A stretch of 64,000 nucleotides of DNA. It comes from Hadesarchaea archaeon. GTDB taxonomy: Archaea > Hadarchaeota > Hadarchaeia > Hadarchaeales > Hadarchaeaceae. The stretch is taken from positions 57,913-121,912 of the forward strand of contig JAPDJH010000005.1 of assembly GCA_029259175.1 (NCBI GenBank). The letters run 5' to 3'. Shown piece by piece: positions 31,252 through 42,200 of the stretch (its first letter is position 1; each line of letters begins with the position of its first letter). The notes under the pieces are model-generated. The model searched no databases. It saw only the letters and a program-made list of their open reading frames with translations, and was not told the DNA's origin. A program made the position numbers and the translations under genes.

Positions 31252-32445
31252 ATGATAGAAAACCTCCTGTTCTTAATAGGGATTCTGCTGGGTTTTGGAG
31301 CGATTGTGGGGAAAATCACGCATGCTTTGAAACTTACAGGGGTGGTGGGATACCTCATCGTAGGGATGGTTCTAGGGCCTATCACTAAATCATTTGGATA
31401 TTTTGGTGTAAGCGAATCCACGCTTTCCACCCTCTGGGAAATCACTACCAAAACCACGCTCGCTCTCGTAGCTTTCATAATTGGCGGCCATCTGAGGATA
31501 AAGATGTTCAAACAGTTGGGCAAGTCCATTATCGCCATAATATTCGGAGAATCCTTTGGTGCTTTTTTCTTGGTGTTGGTACTAGCCTATTTAGTGAGTG
31601 GAAATCTTGCTCTCTCCCTCCTTTTGGCCTCTCTGGCACCTGCGAGCGCTCCGGCGGGGACTGTGGCCGTGCTGCACGAATATCGAGCGAGAGGGCCGCT
31701 CACAAACGCCCTTCTAGCGGTGGTCGGATGGGACGATGCACTAGCTATCCTGATCTTCGCTTGTGCTCTAAGCGCAATAAAAATAAGTTTGGGGGGAGCG
31801 CTCACCATTTTTAGTGTCGTGGAGCCCCTTAGGGAAATCATTGGCGCTCTCATTTTAGGAACGGCGCTGGCAGTTGCTCTGCTCTTTCTTACTAGGAGAA
31901 TCCAAGACAGAGAATCTCTGCTCGTGGTTTCCTTAACGTGTATTTTTATCGGTGCTGGACTTGCTGAAGGAGTTGGATTCTCATTAATCCTAACGTGTAT
32001 GATACTTGGAATGCTCTTGATCAATCTGGCCCCCTCTTTCGCGAGAACTTCTTTAAATATGATTGAAAACTTGATGCCACCCGTATACATTGTGTTCTTT
32101 GCTCTCGCTGGCACCCAACTGAGATTTGACTTGCTCGCCACAATGGGGCTTTTGGGTGTGACCTATATTGTTGGAAGAGCTCTGGGGTTGATAAGTGGTG
32201 CTTCTATAAGCGCTAGACTTTCTGGGGCCTCACCGGTTCTTCAGAGATACTTAGGATTCGGAATCCTGTCCCAAGCAGGAGTGGCCATAGGACTTGCCGC
32301 TCTGGCCGCTTCAGAGCTGGCTGGAACACCAATAGCCACTCAATCGCTCACTTTAATAATGGCCACAACGGTAGTGTTCGAAATAATTGGTCCCATTGGA
32401 GTGCGATATGCCATAACAAAGGCCGGAGAAGCGAGACGGAAGTGA
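31252..32445 (+). CDS. CPA2-family cation:proton antiporter (tandem paralog)
   Basis: SAPAGT, GWDD, FFALAG, SQAGVAIG, FEIIGP. Confidence 0.88.
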   Translation: MIENLLFLIGILLGFGAIVGKITHALKLTGVVGYLIVGMVLGPITKSFGYFGVSESTLSTLWEITTKTTLALVAFIIGGHLRIKMFKQLGKSIIAIIFGESFGAFFLVLVLAYLVSGNLALSLLLASLAPASAPAGTVAVLHEYRARGPLTNALLAVVGWDDALAILIFACALSAIKISLGGALTIFSVVEPLREIIGALILGTALAVALLFLTRRIQDRESLLVVSLTCIFIGAGLAEGVGFSLILTCMILGMLLINLAPSFARTSLNMIENLMPPVYIVFFALAGTQLRFDLLATMGLLGVTYIVGRALGLISGASISARLSGASPVLQRYLGFGILSQAGVAIGLAALAASELAGTPIATQSLTLIMATTVVFEIIGPIGVRYAITKAGEARRK

Positions 32446-32451
32446 AATCGA

Positions 32452-32994
32452 ATGTGGGTAGAAATAGTGAGAGTAGGGGAAGTAAATCAAACCGTAGTCG
32501 AAACTGTGCGTAAAGGGATTATAAAATATTTGGGACCCATCATCGAAAATTCTACAATCGGTCCAACATTCAACATGCCGCCCGCTGCGTACAATCCTGA
32601 CCGACAACAATACGATGCTGATCTAATCTTGAACCGGCTTTGTCATCGAATCCGGGGAAGTCATAAAGTGTTGGCCTTGACCGAACGTGATCTCTACACC
32701 TCGTCTGCCAATCTGAACTTCATTTTCGGATTAGCACAATGTCCAGGACGGTGCGCCATAGTGTCTGTCGCTAGGCTCGATCCCAGTTTCTACCGCAAAC
32801 GCATGAACAAAAAGCTTCTGCTCGAAAGAAGTGTGAAAGAAGCTGTGCACGAACTCGGACACACTTTTGGATTGGAGCACTGTCCCAACCAGCGGTGCGT
32901 GATGCGTTTCTCAAACAGCGTGCTAGAAGTGGATGAAAAACCGGCCTCGCTGTGCACCGAGTGCTGGCGAAAATTGTACACGCGAGTGCTCTAG
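32452..32994 (+). CDS. amzA: Archaemetzincin Zn-metalloprotease
   Basis: KEAVHELGHTFGLEHC...CVM.FSNS....D.K...LC..C. Confidence 0.93.
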   Translation: MWVEIVRVGEVNQTVVETVRKGIIKYLGPIIENSTIGPTFNMPPAAYNPDRQQYDADLILNRLCHRIRGSHKVLALTERDLYTSSANLNFIFGLAQCPGRCAIVSVARLDPSFYRKRMNKKLLLERSVKEAVHELGHTFGLEHCPNQRCVMRFSNSVLEVDEKPASLCTECWRKLYTRVL

Positions 32995-32996
32995 CC

Positions 32997-34106
32997 CTAC
33001 TCCACGCGCATCATTTGGGTGCGGCCGTAATCGGAAATGACCCTCATGAAGCCCCTTAGCTGCTGATCCAGCTCGGGATCGCCCGTATCTACTCTCAAAG
33101 CCCGCAAACCTGAAAGTTTGTGCATCGTCGCCACGACTAGGATGTTCCGCAATCCCACTCTTCGAATCACCTTTGGGCTGAACTGCTGGTTTCCGCGCCC
33201 AAAGACGAATCCCTGACCGCCAATAGGAGAGACCACTATTTTAGCCGCTTTATCTCTGATTAAATCCAAAATCTGTTTCTCGTTCAGATCCCGGGCGATT
33301 ATTTTTTTATTCAACACGGCATCGACACCGAGCAAGGTCTTGTCTTCTCCCAGCTGTTCGGCTATGGCACGGGTGGTCGTGCCCGGGCCCAGCAGATAGA
33401 CCACCTCCGGCTCCATCTGCTCTACCACATATCGCGCAATCGCTCGTTGCTGTTCGAACTCCTCTTCGGCTTCCAAGCTCGCGAGTTTGGAGCCCTGAAC
33501 CAAGCGTGGTTCATACGGCACCAACACGTACCCGTACAATCGGGCCGAGACCCTTCCTTCTCGGCAAGCCTCTTCGTCCACGTCCATCACCTCTGCTTCG
33601 CGGAGAGGGAGCTCGTCCCACAAAAACTTCATTAGCGTCTCAGCTGCCGCCTCCGGATCCGTAGAAAACGCTCCGGAATGCATCTTAACACCAGCAGGGA
33701 CTGCCACCAGTGGTGTCTCGGTGTTCACTACGTCAAAAACGTCGCGCAGGGTTCCGTCCCCTCCAACCACTACGATCAGTTCACAGTTCTTGTCTAAGAA
33801 CTCGCAAACAGCCCGTTTGGTATCTGCGGCTGTTGTTTTTTCTGAATCCAGCTTTCCCACCACGTGCGCTGGAAACTCGGCTTCTATGCATTCGTTTTCT
33901 CCCATGTCCTTGGGATAAGTTAACAATTCGAATTTGTGTCTCACCGGAGTCAACGCACGAAGCAATCGGACGGCTCGTTGGGGAGCAACCGGCTTCGCTC
34001 CAAGTTCGGTAGCCTTTTGCAAAACCTCGGGCCCATCGGTTCCTTTGAGACCAACACTTCCGCCCATTCCAGCGATTGGATTAACAACTAGTCCGATCTT
34101 TTTCAT
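32997..34106 (-). CDS. ATP-NAD kinase family protein (COG3199-like)
   Basis: NPIAGMGG.VGLKGTDG, GGDGT.RD, PAGVKMHSG, GGQGF.FGRGNQQ. Confidence 0.85.
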   Translation of the reverse strand: MKKIGLVVNPIAGMGGSVGLKGTDGPEVLQKATELGAKPVAPQRAVRLLRALTPVRHKFELLTYPKDMGENECIEAEFPAHVVGKLDSEKTTAADTKRAVCEFLDKNCELIVVVGGDGTLRDVFDVVNTETPLVAVPAGVKMHSGAFSTDPEAAAETLMKFLWDELPLREAEVMDVDEEACREGRVSARLYGYVLVPYEPRLVQGSKLASLEAEEEFEQQRAIARYVVEQMEPEVVYLLGPGTTTRAIAEQLGEDKTLLGVDAVLNKKIIARDLNEKQILDLIRDKAAKIVVSPIGGQGFVFGRGNQQFSPKVIRRVGLRNILVVATMHKLSGLRALRVDTGDPELDQQLRGFMRVISDYGRTQMMRVE

Positions 34107-34128
34107 GTATGACGCTCCCGAACTGCTC

Positions 34129-34401
34129 TCAAGGTCCGGTTTTGACCAGCTCGCTCTTCGCTTCGTCTATGAGTTCGCACGCCCGAGTGTAGAAATCCTT
34201 CAGATACGCGCCAATTTTTCCATAGTCCTGGTTTTTTAGGGCCTCCTCGATCTTTGTGATCTCTTGCTCAAGCTGAAAAACATCATGGCATAGCTTTTCC
34301 TCAATCGAGAAACGCTTACCTAGATCATATGCGTCCAATTTGCGCCTATTTCTTCGTTCTACCCCTTCGACTTCTCGATTTTCCTTTTGCCGAAACAGCA
34401 C
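34129..34401 (-). CDS. Hypothetical helical protein (paralog of 34346-34702)
   Basis: Shares DLGKR..EE..C...LE..ITKIEEAL...YG..G.YL..FYT..CELID with its neighbour; GGAGG SD. Confidence 0.7.
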   Translation of the reverse strand: MLFRQKENREVEGVERRNRRKLDAYDLGKRFSIEEKLCHDVFQLEQEITKIEEALKNQDYGKIGAYLKDFYTRACELIDEAKSELVKTGP

Positions 34402-34702
34402 GTCTCATGCCTCCTTTTCTAACTTTTGAACCGCTCGCGGAGTGGGGGTTGGCAGTCATTCTTGGAGGGATTTGAATTCGAATCGCCTTCATTTCCTTTT
34501 TTGTTTTATCGATAAGCTCGCACACCTTGGTGTAGAACTCTCGCAAATAGCCCCCGACCGCTCCGTAATTTTCCTCTGAAAGCGCTTCCTCAATCTTCGT
34601 GGTTATTTGCTCCTCCAGCGCAAAGAGAGATCTACAAAATTGCTCTTCCGCCCTGTACCTCTTGCCCAGATCTATCTGGACCAATTTTCTTCGTTTGAGC
34701 AT
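34346..34702 (-). CDS. Hypothetical helical protein with basic tail (paralog of 34129-34401)
   Basis: Same shared motif; TTTATA box upstream. Confidence 0.7.
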   Translation of the reverse strand: MLKRRKLVQIDLGKRYRAEEQFCRSLFALEEQITTKIEEALSEENYGAVGGYLREFYTKVCELIDKTKKEMKAIRIQIPPRMTANPHSASGSKVRKGGMRRAVSAKGKSRSRRGRTKK

Positions 34703-34751
34703 CGGCCAGCCCCCAAATTTGTTTTTATTTCCCCTCTATAAAGGAAGTTCC

Positions 34752-36242
34752 TTACTTCCGCAAGCGAACAAATTGTTTCCAACTCAGAATGGGCCGGCGC
34801 GACGCACGCACCTCATCGATCCTCGAAACGCTTGTAGAAAAGGGTGCGCGCTTCAGGGTTTCTGGATCCCTACGAGCCTCTTCAGCAATCTGCTTCATCG
34901 CATCCACGAAACGATCTAATTCTTCTTTCGGCTCAGTTTCGGTGGGTTCGATCATCAACGCTTCGGGGACTATGGGCGGAAAGTAATAAGTTGGTGCGTG
35001 GAAGCCAAAATCGAGAAGCCGTTTGGCCACGTCGCGTGCGGTGACACCTGTCTCTCGCTTAAGAGGTTCAGCGCTAAGCACAAATTCGTGTTTGCATGGG
35101 GCCTCGGGATCATAACGAACCTCGAACCCGGGAATCCGGCGCAACTTTTCTTTCAAATAGTTAGCATTCAGCACCGCGACTTCGGTTGCTTCTTTAAGAC
35201 CGGAGGCGCCCATCATCAAAAGATACGCATAAGCCTTCACCAAAACGGCAAAGTTGCCGAAGAAAGATCTTATTTTCCCTATGGACTTTGGACGATTATA
35301 GTCAAGCCAGTACTTGTCTTTGTCCTCATCGTATTGGATTATGGGTACCGGCAGATAGGGTTCAAGTTTCTCCGATACGCCCACTGGGCCTGCTCCGGGG
35401 CCTCCTCCACCGTGAGGGGTCGAAAATGTTTTGTGCAGATTGAAGTGTACGATATCGAATCCCATGTCACCCGGCCTCGTTTTGCCCATGATGCCGTTGA
35501 GATTGGCACCGTCATAATAGAGCAGGGCGCCGGCATCGTGTAATATCGAGGCTATTTCTTTTATCTCGTGTTCAAAGAGACCAAGGGTATTTGGGTTTGT
35601 CAACATGAACGCTGCTGTTCGATCCGAAACAGCTGCTCGGAGTGCCTCGACATCAACACGTCCGGTGGAATTCGATGGAATAACAACCACGCGGAAACCA
35701 GCCATAGCAGCGCTCGCAAAATTCGTGCCATGAGCGGAATCGGGAATAACCACTTCGGTTCGATTTTCCCCTATGTCCTTGAAGTAGGCGCGCACAAGAA
35801 GCATGCCGAGAAGCTCTCCGTGAGCGCCGGCTGCTGGTTGTAGACAAACGCGTTTCACGCCTCCTATTTCCGCCAGCATGCGCTCCAGACGGTAAAGAAT
35901 CTCCAACGCCCCTTGAACGGTGGAAGCATCTTGTAGCGGATGAATGTCCCGGACTTGCGGCAAAGCCGAAAAATCCTCACATGCGCGGGGGTTGTACTTC
36001 ATCGTGCACGAACCCAGAGGATACAGACCAGACTCTATCCCAAAGTTCATCTGTGAAAGACGAACATAGTGACGGACAACTTCTGGCTCTGAGAGTCTAG
36101 GAAGATTTAGTCTTTCGCGCCGCAGCTTGGGCGGGATTTCCGGAATTTCCTCGATCTCCGGGTTGAAAAATCCTCCTTCCCTCTCGCTCTGTGATAGCTC
36201 AAACACCAGAGGCTCCGGATATTTTGCCTGTCGATAAGTCAT
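34752..36242 (-). CDS. gcvPB: Glycine dehydrogenase (decarboxylating) subunit 2
   Basis: PLGSCTMKYNP, QPAAGAHGE, HFNLHKTFSTPHGGGGPG. Confidence 0.96.
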   Translation of the reverse strand: MTYRQAKYPEPLVFELSQSEREGGFFNPEIEEIPEIPPKLRRERLNLPRLSEPEVVRHYVRLSQMNFGIESGLYPLGSCTMKYNPRACEDFSALPQVRDIHPLQDASTVQGALEILYRLERMLAEIGGVKRVCLQPAAGAHGELLGMLLVRAYFKDIGENRTEVVIPDSAHGTNFASAAMAGFRVVVIPSNSTGRVDVEALRAAVSDRTAAFMLTNPNTLGLFEHEIKEIASILHDAGALLYYDGANLNGIMGKTRPGDMGFDIVHFNLHKTFSTPHGGGGPGAGPVGVSEKLEPYLPVPIIQYDEDKDKYWLDYNRPKSIGKIRSFFGNFAVLVKAYAYLLMMGASGLKEATEVAVLNANYLKEKLRRIPGFEVRYDPEAPCKHEFVLSAEPLKRETGVTARDVAKRLLDFGFHAPTYYFPPIVPEALMIEPTETEPKEELDRFVDAMKQIAEEARRDPETLKRAPFSTSVSRIDEVRASRRPILSWKQFVRLRK

Positions 36243-37618
36243 TTTTTACCCTCCATTATTTTTCCCGCAGCCTCAACGAATCGATCCAGATCTCTTTTGC
36301 TGTGAACCTCTGTGGAGCAAATCAGCTCTGATTCTCCAAGTTCTGGAAACTCGCTGACTAGAATATGGCCTCCGTGGATGTTTTCCTGGAGCAGCTTCTG
36401 GTTGAAATCGCGCATCGTTCCCCCATCTACGCGCCTCAAAACAAACTCGTTGAAATGAAATGCGTGAAAAGCGGGTGCATCCAACCCTTCGATTTCCGCA
36501 AGTCGTTTCATTAAATAGTGCGCGTTCGCCATGGAAATCGATGCCACCGTTTTCAGGCCTTCGGGGCCCATGCTTGCAAGATATGCGGCGGCAGCAATCG
36601 CACAAAGAGCCTCGTTCGAGCAAACGTTGGACGTCGCTCGCTCGCGCCGAATGTGTTGCTCACGTGTTTGAAGAACCATGCAAAACGCTCGCTCGTCACC
36701 ATCCAAGGTTGAAGCCATCCCTATCAGGCGCCCAGGCATCTGGCGTACCAACTTCATATCGTTCCGGCAAGCAAAAATTCCCAAAGAGGGGCCACCAAAA
36801 CTGGGTGACTGGCCCAACGGCTGGCCCTCACCCACCACCATATCGGCTCCATATTCGCCCGGTGGTTTGAACAAAGCCAACGAAATCGGGTTTACCCCAA
36901 CAATGAATAAAGCGCCGGCACGGTGTGTGAGGTCAGAAATCTCATCCACTTGTTCTTCCAAAAAGCCGAGATAGCTGGGATTCTCGATATACACGCCCGC
37001 CACATCTTCGCTCAAAACGTTTCGGAGGTGATCCAAATCTATTTGGCCGGAGTTGGGGTCCTGATTGATTTCATCTACTCTCATTCCAATCCCTTCGCAG
37101 TAATTTTGGAGGACCGATCTTCTTTCCGGAGAAATGAAATGGGGAACTAAAAACCGTCTGCGGCCAGTAACTCGGCAGGACATCAAAGCTGCTTCGCCAA
37201 GGGCTGTAGCCCAGTCATACATAGAAGCGTTCACGACTTCTAGTCCAATGAGTTCTGCGACGAGACTCTGATATTCGAAAAGGGCCTGCAGCAATCCCTG
37301 ACTGGCTTCTGACTGGTAGGGGGTGTAAGCTGTGAGAAATTCTCCACGTTGCGTGATATACTTCACATGAGCGGGCACGTAATGGAACCAGCACCCGCCA
37401 CCGAGAAAAATTGGTATTTCGCCTTGGTACCGGTTTTTGCTCAAAACACGCCTGAGATGCCACAAGGTTTCCTGTTCAGACAGAGGAGGGGACAAATTCA
37501 GTCTGTCTGTCCTGAACTCTGGAGGGATATCTCGAAATAGCTCATCTACACTATCGATTCCCAATTCCTTTAACATTTCTTTAAGCAGGAAAGAGTTCGG
37601 GACGAAGCGGTGGCCCAT
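36239..37618 (-). CDS. gcvPA: Glycine dehydrogenase (decarboxylating) subunit 1
   Basis: TAYTPYQ.EASQG.LQ..FEYQ, LQTREQHIRRERATSN. Confidence 0.96.
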   Translation of the reverse strand: MGHRFVPNSFLLKEMLKELGIDSVDELFRDIPPEFRTDRLNLSPPLSEQETLWHLRRVLSKNRYQGEIPIFLGGGCWFHYVPAHVKYITQRGEFLTAYTPYQSEASQGLLQALFEYQSLVAELIGLEVVNASMYDWATALGEAALMSCRVTGRRRFLVPHFISPERRSVLQNYCEGIGMRVDEINQDPNSGQIDLDHLRNVLSEDVAGVYIENPSYLGFLEEQVDEISDLTHRAGALFIVGVNPISLALFKPPGEYGADMVVGEGQPLGQSPSFGGPSLGIFACRNDMKLVRQMPGRLIGMASTLDGDERAFCMVLQTREQHIRRERATSNVCSNEALCAIAAAAYLASMGPEGLKTVASISMANAHYLMKRLAEIEGLDAPAFHAFHFNEFVLRRVDGGTMRDFNQKLLQENIHGGHILVSEFPELGESELICSTEVHSKRDLDRFVEAAGKIMEGKK

Positions 37619-37627
37619 ACCTATCAG

Positions 37628-38044
37628 CTATTCGAGGGTCTTAATGTACTCCGCGTAGGCTTTCGCGTCCATCAGATTCTTGAGTTCGGCTTCCAGTGCA
37701 CTGGGCTCCAGCACACATATCCAGCCCTCGTCGTAGGGGTTGGTGTTCAACAATTCAGGCTTGTCTCGAAGCGCCTCATTGACCTCTTTAACTACGCCGC
37801 TGAGAGGAGAATAGATCGCTGAAACAGCTTTGATGGACTCAGCAGCTCCCAGCTCCATCTCCTTGGATTTCGGCTCGGCCACTTGTTTTACTTGCTTACC
37901 GACTTCTGGAAGCTCCACATATACGACATCGCCCAGCTTGCTCTGGGCGTAATCCGTGATCCCCGTTCGCGCCACGTTGCCCTCGACTTTCACCCATTCG
38001 TGTTCTTTTGAATAGTATAAACCCTCGGGGATTTTGTATTCCAT
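37628..38044 (-). CDS. gcvH: Glycine cleavage system H protein
   Basis: YSKEHEW, GITDYAQ..LGD, ESIKAVS (lipoyl-Lys), PYDEGW. Confidence 0.95.
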   Translation of the reverse strand: MEYKIPEGLYYSKEHEWVKVEGNVARTGITDYAQSKLGDVVYVELPEVGKQVKQVAEPKSKEMELGAAESIKAVSAIYSPLSGVVKEVNEALRDKPELLNTNPYDEGWICVLEPSALEAELKNLMDAKAYAEYIKTLE

Positions 38045-38407
38045 TTTCTCACCAAATTCCATTATCTCTCCGGTTTAAAAGCATGAAAGCGGGCTTTCAA
38101 CGCTACAAGACGGATGACTTGATTTCCTCGATCGCATTATCTTCGGATAGAAAACGCGCTACGGTCAGGAGTAAGATTATAGAGTATGTCTTCTTCTCGG
38201 TGCGAAATCAATCGCTGCTCCTCTTTCAGAGTTTCCAATTTTGTGGACAGTTGTAACGAGGATGGTTGTTGCTATGATTGGTACTTTATTATTCCTCAAA
38301 AGGAGAAAAAAGCCATACTGTTGCGACGCACCAGACACCAACCTTTCGCTTTAGCATGAGGTCGTCGAAGGACTTCGAAAGTATAAGGACAGCAGATGAG
38401 GAGATGT

Positions 38408-38701
38408 TCATTTCATCCAAGCCCGTTTGACATCAACAAGCTTCTCTTTTTTCAGCACATCGTATCCAAAGCGATGGCGCCCAACCCGAAGCCTGTAGTG
38501 GAATTCGGGGCCCTTCCATCGTTTGATGTCCACCCTTGGGCGCCCCATAAAAGGATTCCGACCGAGTTCTGCTAAGGCCTCCACACATCTTCGGGCTTGT
38601 TGGGGCGCGTGTGTCGCCACCGTTTCAAGGTATGATTGAACTTGCGGTCGAAGGGCGACTTTAAATCCCGAGGCGCTCCCTGAGTTCTTCGAGTAGGACA
38701 T
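38408..38701 (-). CDS. RelE/ParE-family toxin
   Basis: L..NPF..RP.VDIKR.KG...YRLRVG.HR..Y.V; overlaps the upstream small gene. Confidence 0.8.
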   Translation of the reverse strand: MSYSKNSGSASGFKVALRPQVQSYLETVATHAPQQARRCVEALAELGRNPFMGRPRVDIKRWKGPEFHYRLRVGRHRFGYDVLKKEKLVDVKRAWMK

Positions 38702-38900
38702 ATCCCTCTTCCTCCAGCGACCCGATATCCTCGGGCTTGGGAGGGCATCTGGGCAGGACGAGTTCCAGTATGCGGTTTTCTAGGATTCGCCTGATGATCG
38801 TGTCGTAGTCTTCGCCCTTCCGTCCAAAGCGTCGGAGGAGATCTCTGGTTTCGGGCCGGATGGCGATAGTCGTCAAGCGTTTTGGCATTTTTTTCACCAA
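38661..38900 (-). CDS. Putative antitoxin (RHH-like N-terminus)
   Basis: TTIAI..ETRD.L...G.KGE.YD.IIRR.L, acidic C-terminus YV.LEEL; directly upstream of the toxin. Confidence 0.75.
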   Translation of the reverse strand: MVKKMPKRLTTIAIRPETRDLLRRFGRKGEDYDTIIRRILENRILELVLPRCPPKPEDIGSLEEEGYVLLEELRERLGI

Positions 38901-39160
38901 TTATATGTTGTTATAATATGATATAAGTGTTTCGAGGTCACAAATTGTCACCGCGATGGGCTAAAGTTTATAAAGAGCCACCAGTGAGATTTGAACCCAT
39001 GATTGGGGGTGTTCAAAAGGTTCCGGGTAATATTCGAGGAAGCCGAACTGAGAACGATTTTTGAGACGCTCTGAAGCAGGTCAGGCTATTCGCTTTTATT
39101 CTTTTGGTGTGGAGCTGCTAGCGAGGCGGCGAGTTGAAAGGCTTTTGACTTCAAGTTAAG

Positions 39161-39246
39161 CGCCGGGGAGGGGATTTGAACCCCTGCGACCCGCAAGGGT
39201 CACCAGATCTCGAGTCTGGCGCCTTACCTGGCTTGGCTACCCCGGC
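39161..39246 (-). tRNA. tRNA-Ser (CGA)
   Basis: GCCGGGG/CCCCGGC acceptor stem, CCAGA-CT-CGA-GA-TCTGG anticodon arm, long variable arm GACCC-TTGC-GGGTC. Confidence 0.96.
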
Positions 39247-39285
39247 CCAATCATTAATCTTCACCGATACCGTCTAAAATCTAAC

Positions 39286-42200
39286 TCACAGCAGAAAATC
39301 TGCCAAGCTGGTTTGTCGCGACACGTCGCTTTCAAACATCGATTGGATATCGCGCTTCAACAACATGAGTCTCTGTTTCGTGTACTCGCTCACGCGATAT
39401 TCTTCAGCGAGCTTAAGCGCTACAGCCAAATATTTCTCTACTCCCCCGCGTGAAACCGTCAACACCAGTTTTCCGTTGCACCGCAAACATGTTCCCTTGA
39501 GGGGGATCCGACGATATTTCGCGTTGCAGTTGACGCATCGAATCTCCTGGGTGGAGAAGCTGCGGATGTTTCCCTTCATGTCCCGGATAAAGTGATGATC
39601 GATTACCAGCTCAGCAACGTGGTTAGGATCGACGGCCCTTATCCGCTCTGCCAGCTGCAACTGGGACTTCACTTTTTCCTCCATTGTTTCCAGCATCTTG
39701 TAGCGCGTCTCCAACGGGCCTCGCGCAATATCCGATGTGTCCATAGTGAATCCAAATCCACATGTCTCCTTATCTGAACCGAGCCGTTTTTTTGCAGTCT
39801 CCATAATCTCCTCTATCTCGGCTGGAAGCGCATAGCGCTCAGCATGTTGGTAGAACTCCAAAGGATAGCGAAACATTATGTCCATGTTGTGTGCTTGCTT
39901 GTCTATCTCATTTGGATTCAAGTGAACGCTGAGCAGAAGAGGCGCATCCATGCGTCCTCCCCGCGAAGAGGGGAGAAAGCGCTTGCTGAAGTTCAGAAGC
40001 GCGTCTAGTAACAGCATCACACAGTCCTCATCGCCGTCGCAATCACGTCGTTTCGCGGCGTGAAAGAACGGGTGCGCAAAACACACGTTGGCGGGAGTGA
40101 ATCCGATTATTCGGCCCACCATGCCCACCGAGGTGTGGGGGGCCAAAGCAAGAACCAGATGCCCGAGCAGATTTTCTTTTCTTTCGGCCCGATAGTAGGC
40201 AGGCAACCCATACAGTTTTTCCAACAACTCGTCAACAAAACGGGAGACCCGAAGCAGATACTCGGCGCATTTTTCCGAGATGATCACATCTTGAACTTTT
40301 AGTTCTACAACTTGATCCTCTCTTTCAAGGGGCTCGCCATAGATATCCGTTTCGTACCCCAGTTCTTTCAATCTCCCAACCGAAACTCCGATCTCGCGCG
40401 GACGGAAGTGAGTAAGAGGAGCATTGGTCGCATCGAATCTGCTCGTGCCATCCTTGAACACATATACTCCGTGTTTCGCTCGCAGAATACCCTTTTCCAA
40501 AGGCTCGGGGATTTTGTAGTCGCTCGACATTCCCTGTACTCCTTTTACCAGTCCTGGTGGCTTCTCCCCCAAACGAACCGCCGCTTGTTTGAGAATCTCT
40601 GCTATATTGATTTCTTTCTCCACGTAATACCGCAGGCTCTGATTGTGTTCTTTACATTTTTCGGTGGTGAAAATTTGATGGCACTTCGGACAGCGCCGAA
40701 CGTACTTTCCCTCACCGCCACAGTTTGGACACCGTTTAGACGATATGGCTGCACCGCACCGTTCGCATTCCAGCAACGCGATCTCCACTTTGACTTTTCC
40801 AACGCTAGCTGCCTCAACCACGTTGCGCATCCTTCCCCCCGCATGCCCAACAGGGAATAACACATGCACCGGAGGCCGCATCTCCCTCGGTTTGGCCTTC
40901 TCGGGGCGCCCCATTCTGGCACCTATAAAGGTGCCTCCTCGCTTTCGAAGCGGAATCCCGGAAAGCTCGCTTAGAACCATCAGCACATCGGCCGAGTGTG
41001 TTTCCCGTATTTTAGTCTCGAGTTTCTCGGAAGACAGTTTTCCGTCCACAATCAATCCCAGCGACACGCACAGCGGGAGCGCGTGTTCACGAATCACCAC
41101 CTCCGCATTCTCAACCTTATGTGGAACTCCTATTTCCTCAAGCAAACGTTTGGGAGAGTCCGCCACAGTGACTCGGAGTTCTGCTAACCGATTCGCCTCA
41201 AAACGCGGAGTCCCAGTCGCGAGCCAGCGTGCTAATTCTACTAGCTCTTCAACAGAAAGCTGCTCATAATAGTACGTGTACGCAGGATGAAGCGGCACTC
41301 CAAGCTTTTTGCTGATCTCTAACGCTAGCTCTGGCGGTGGAGGGGGAAACGGAGGTCTCAAAAATTGAGAGATATCGTGATCAAAGGCGTTGTCCTTCAT
41401 CGCTTTTTCGACTTCCTGTGCCCACCACTCCTCACAATATCCTGGAGGCATCAGCGGGTGATTGTTCTCCAGAAATTCTCCGTAGCCAACCAGCATATCG
41501 CCCAAATACAGGATCTCCCTAACTCTCGATTTCAGCCGACGTGCCTCTTCCGCGTTGTTTATTCGGAGTACCGATCCATCGTCAAGTTTAACGAGTGGCC
41601 CTTCTATCCAATCCACCGAAGCTGCGATTCCTCCCTTACCCGGACGCTCCAATTTGAGCTGTGTGCCTATTGCGATGAAATCGTCGCAAAGCACCATGGT
41701 CGCCGGATTGATGCCAATAGCGGAAATTCCGGTATTCCTAGACCGGCCATATCTCAATCGGAATCCGCCACGCTTTCCAAGCCCGTCCAATCCCGGATGA
41801 GAAAACACCGGCCGGCCAGCAATCACTTCATCCAGATACTTGTCCGGCTTCCGGAAGAGCTCCTTTGCTTCTTCAGCTTCTTTTACTTGGAGCTCTGGCA
41901 GCCAAGACCAGCCCGAGAGCTTCAAGCTGTCCACGTATTTCATGACCTTGGGGATCTTCTGAAGTAATCCGTCCACAAGAGCGAGGATTGCTCCTCCCCG
42001 CAAGTAGTTGTGCTCCACTCGGTCCAAGTTTCTGTACGCGTTCACTTCGGTGGGAGGATCAGAAGGCTCGCCCGTAACCTCCACTGGCAGGTTCCATATG
42101 AGCTTCCGAATCTCGTCCGATGAGGGGATATACTGGCCGGGCGCTGTGGTGGTCTTGTAAAGCTCGATCTCTTCCACATAGCGCTCTACTTCTTCCTCGG

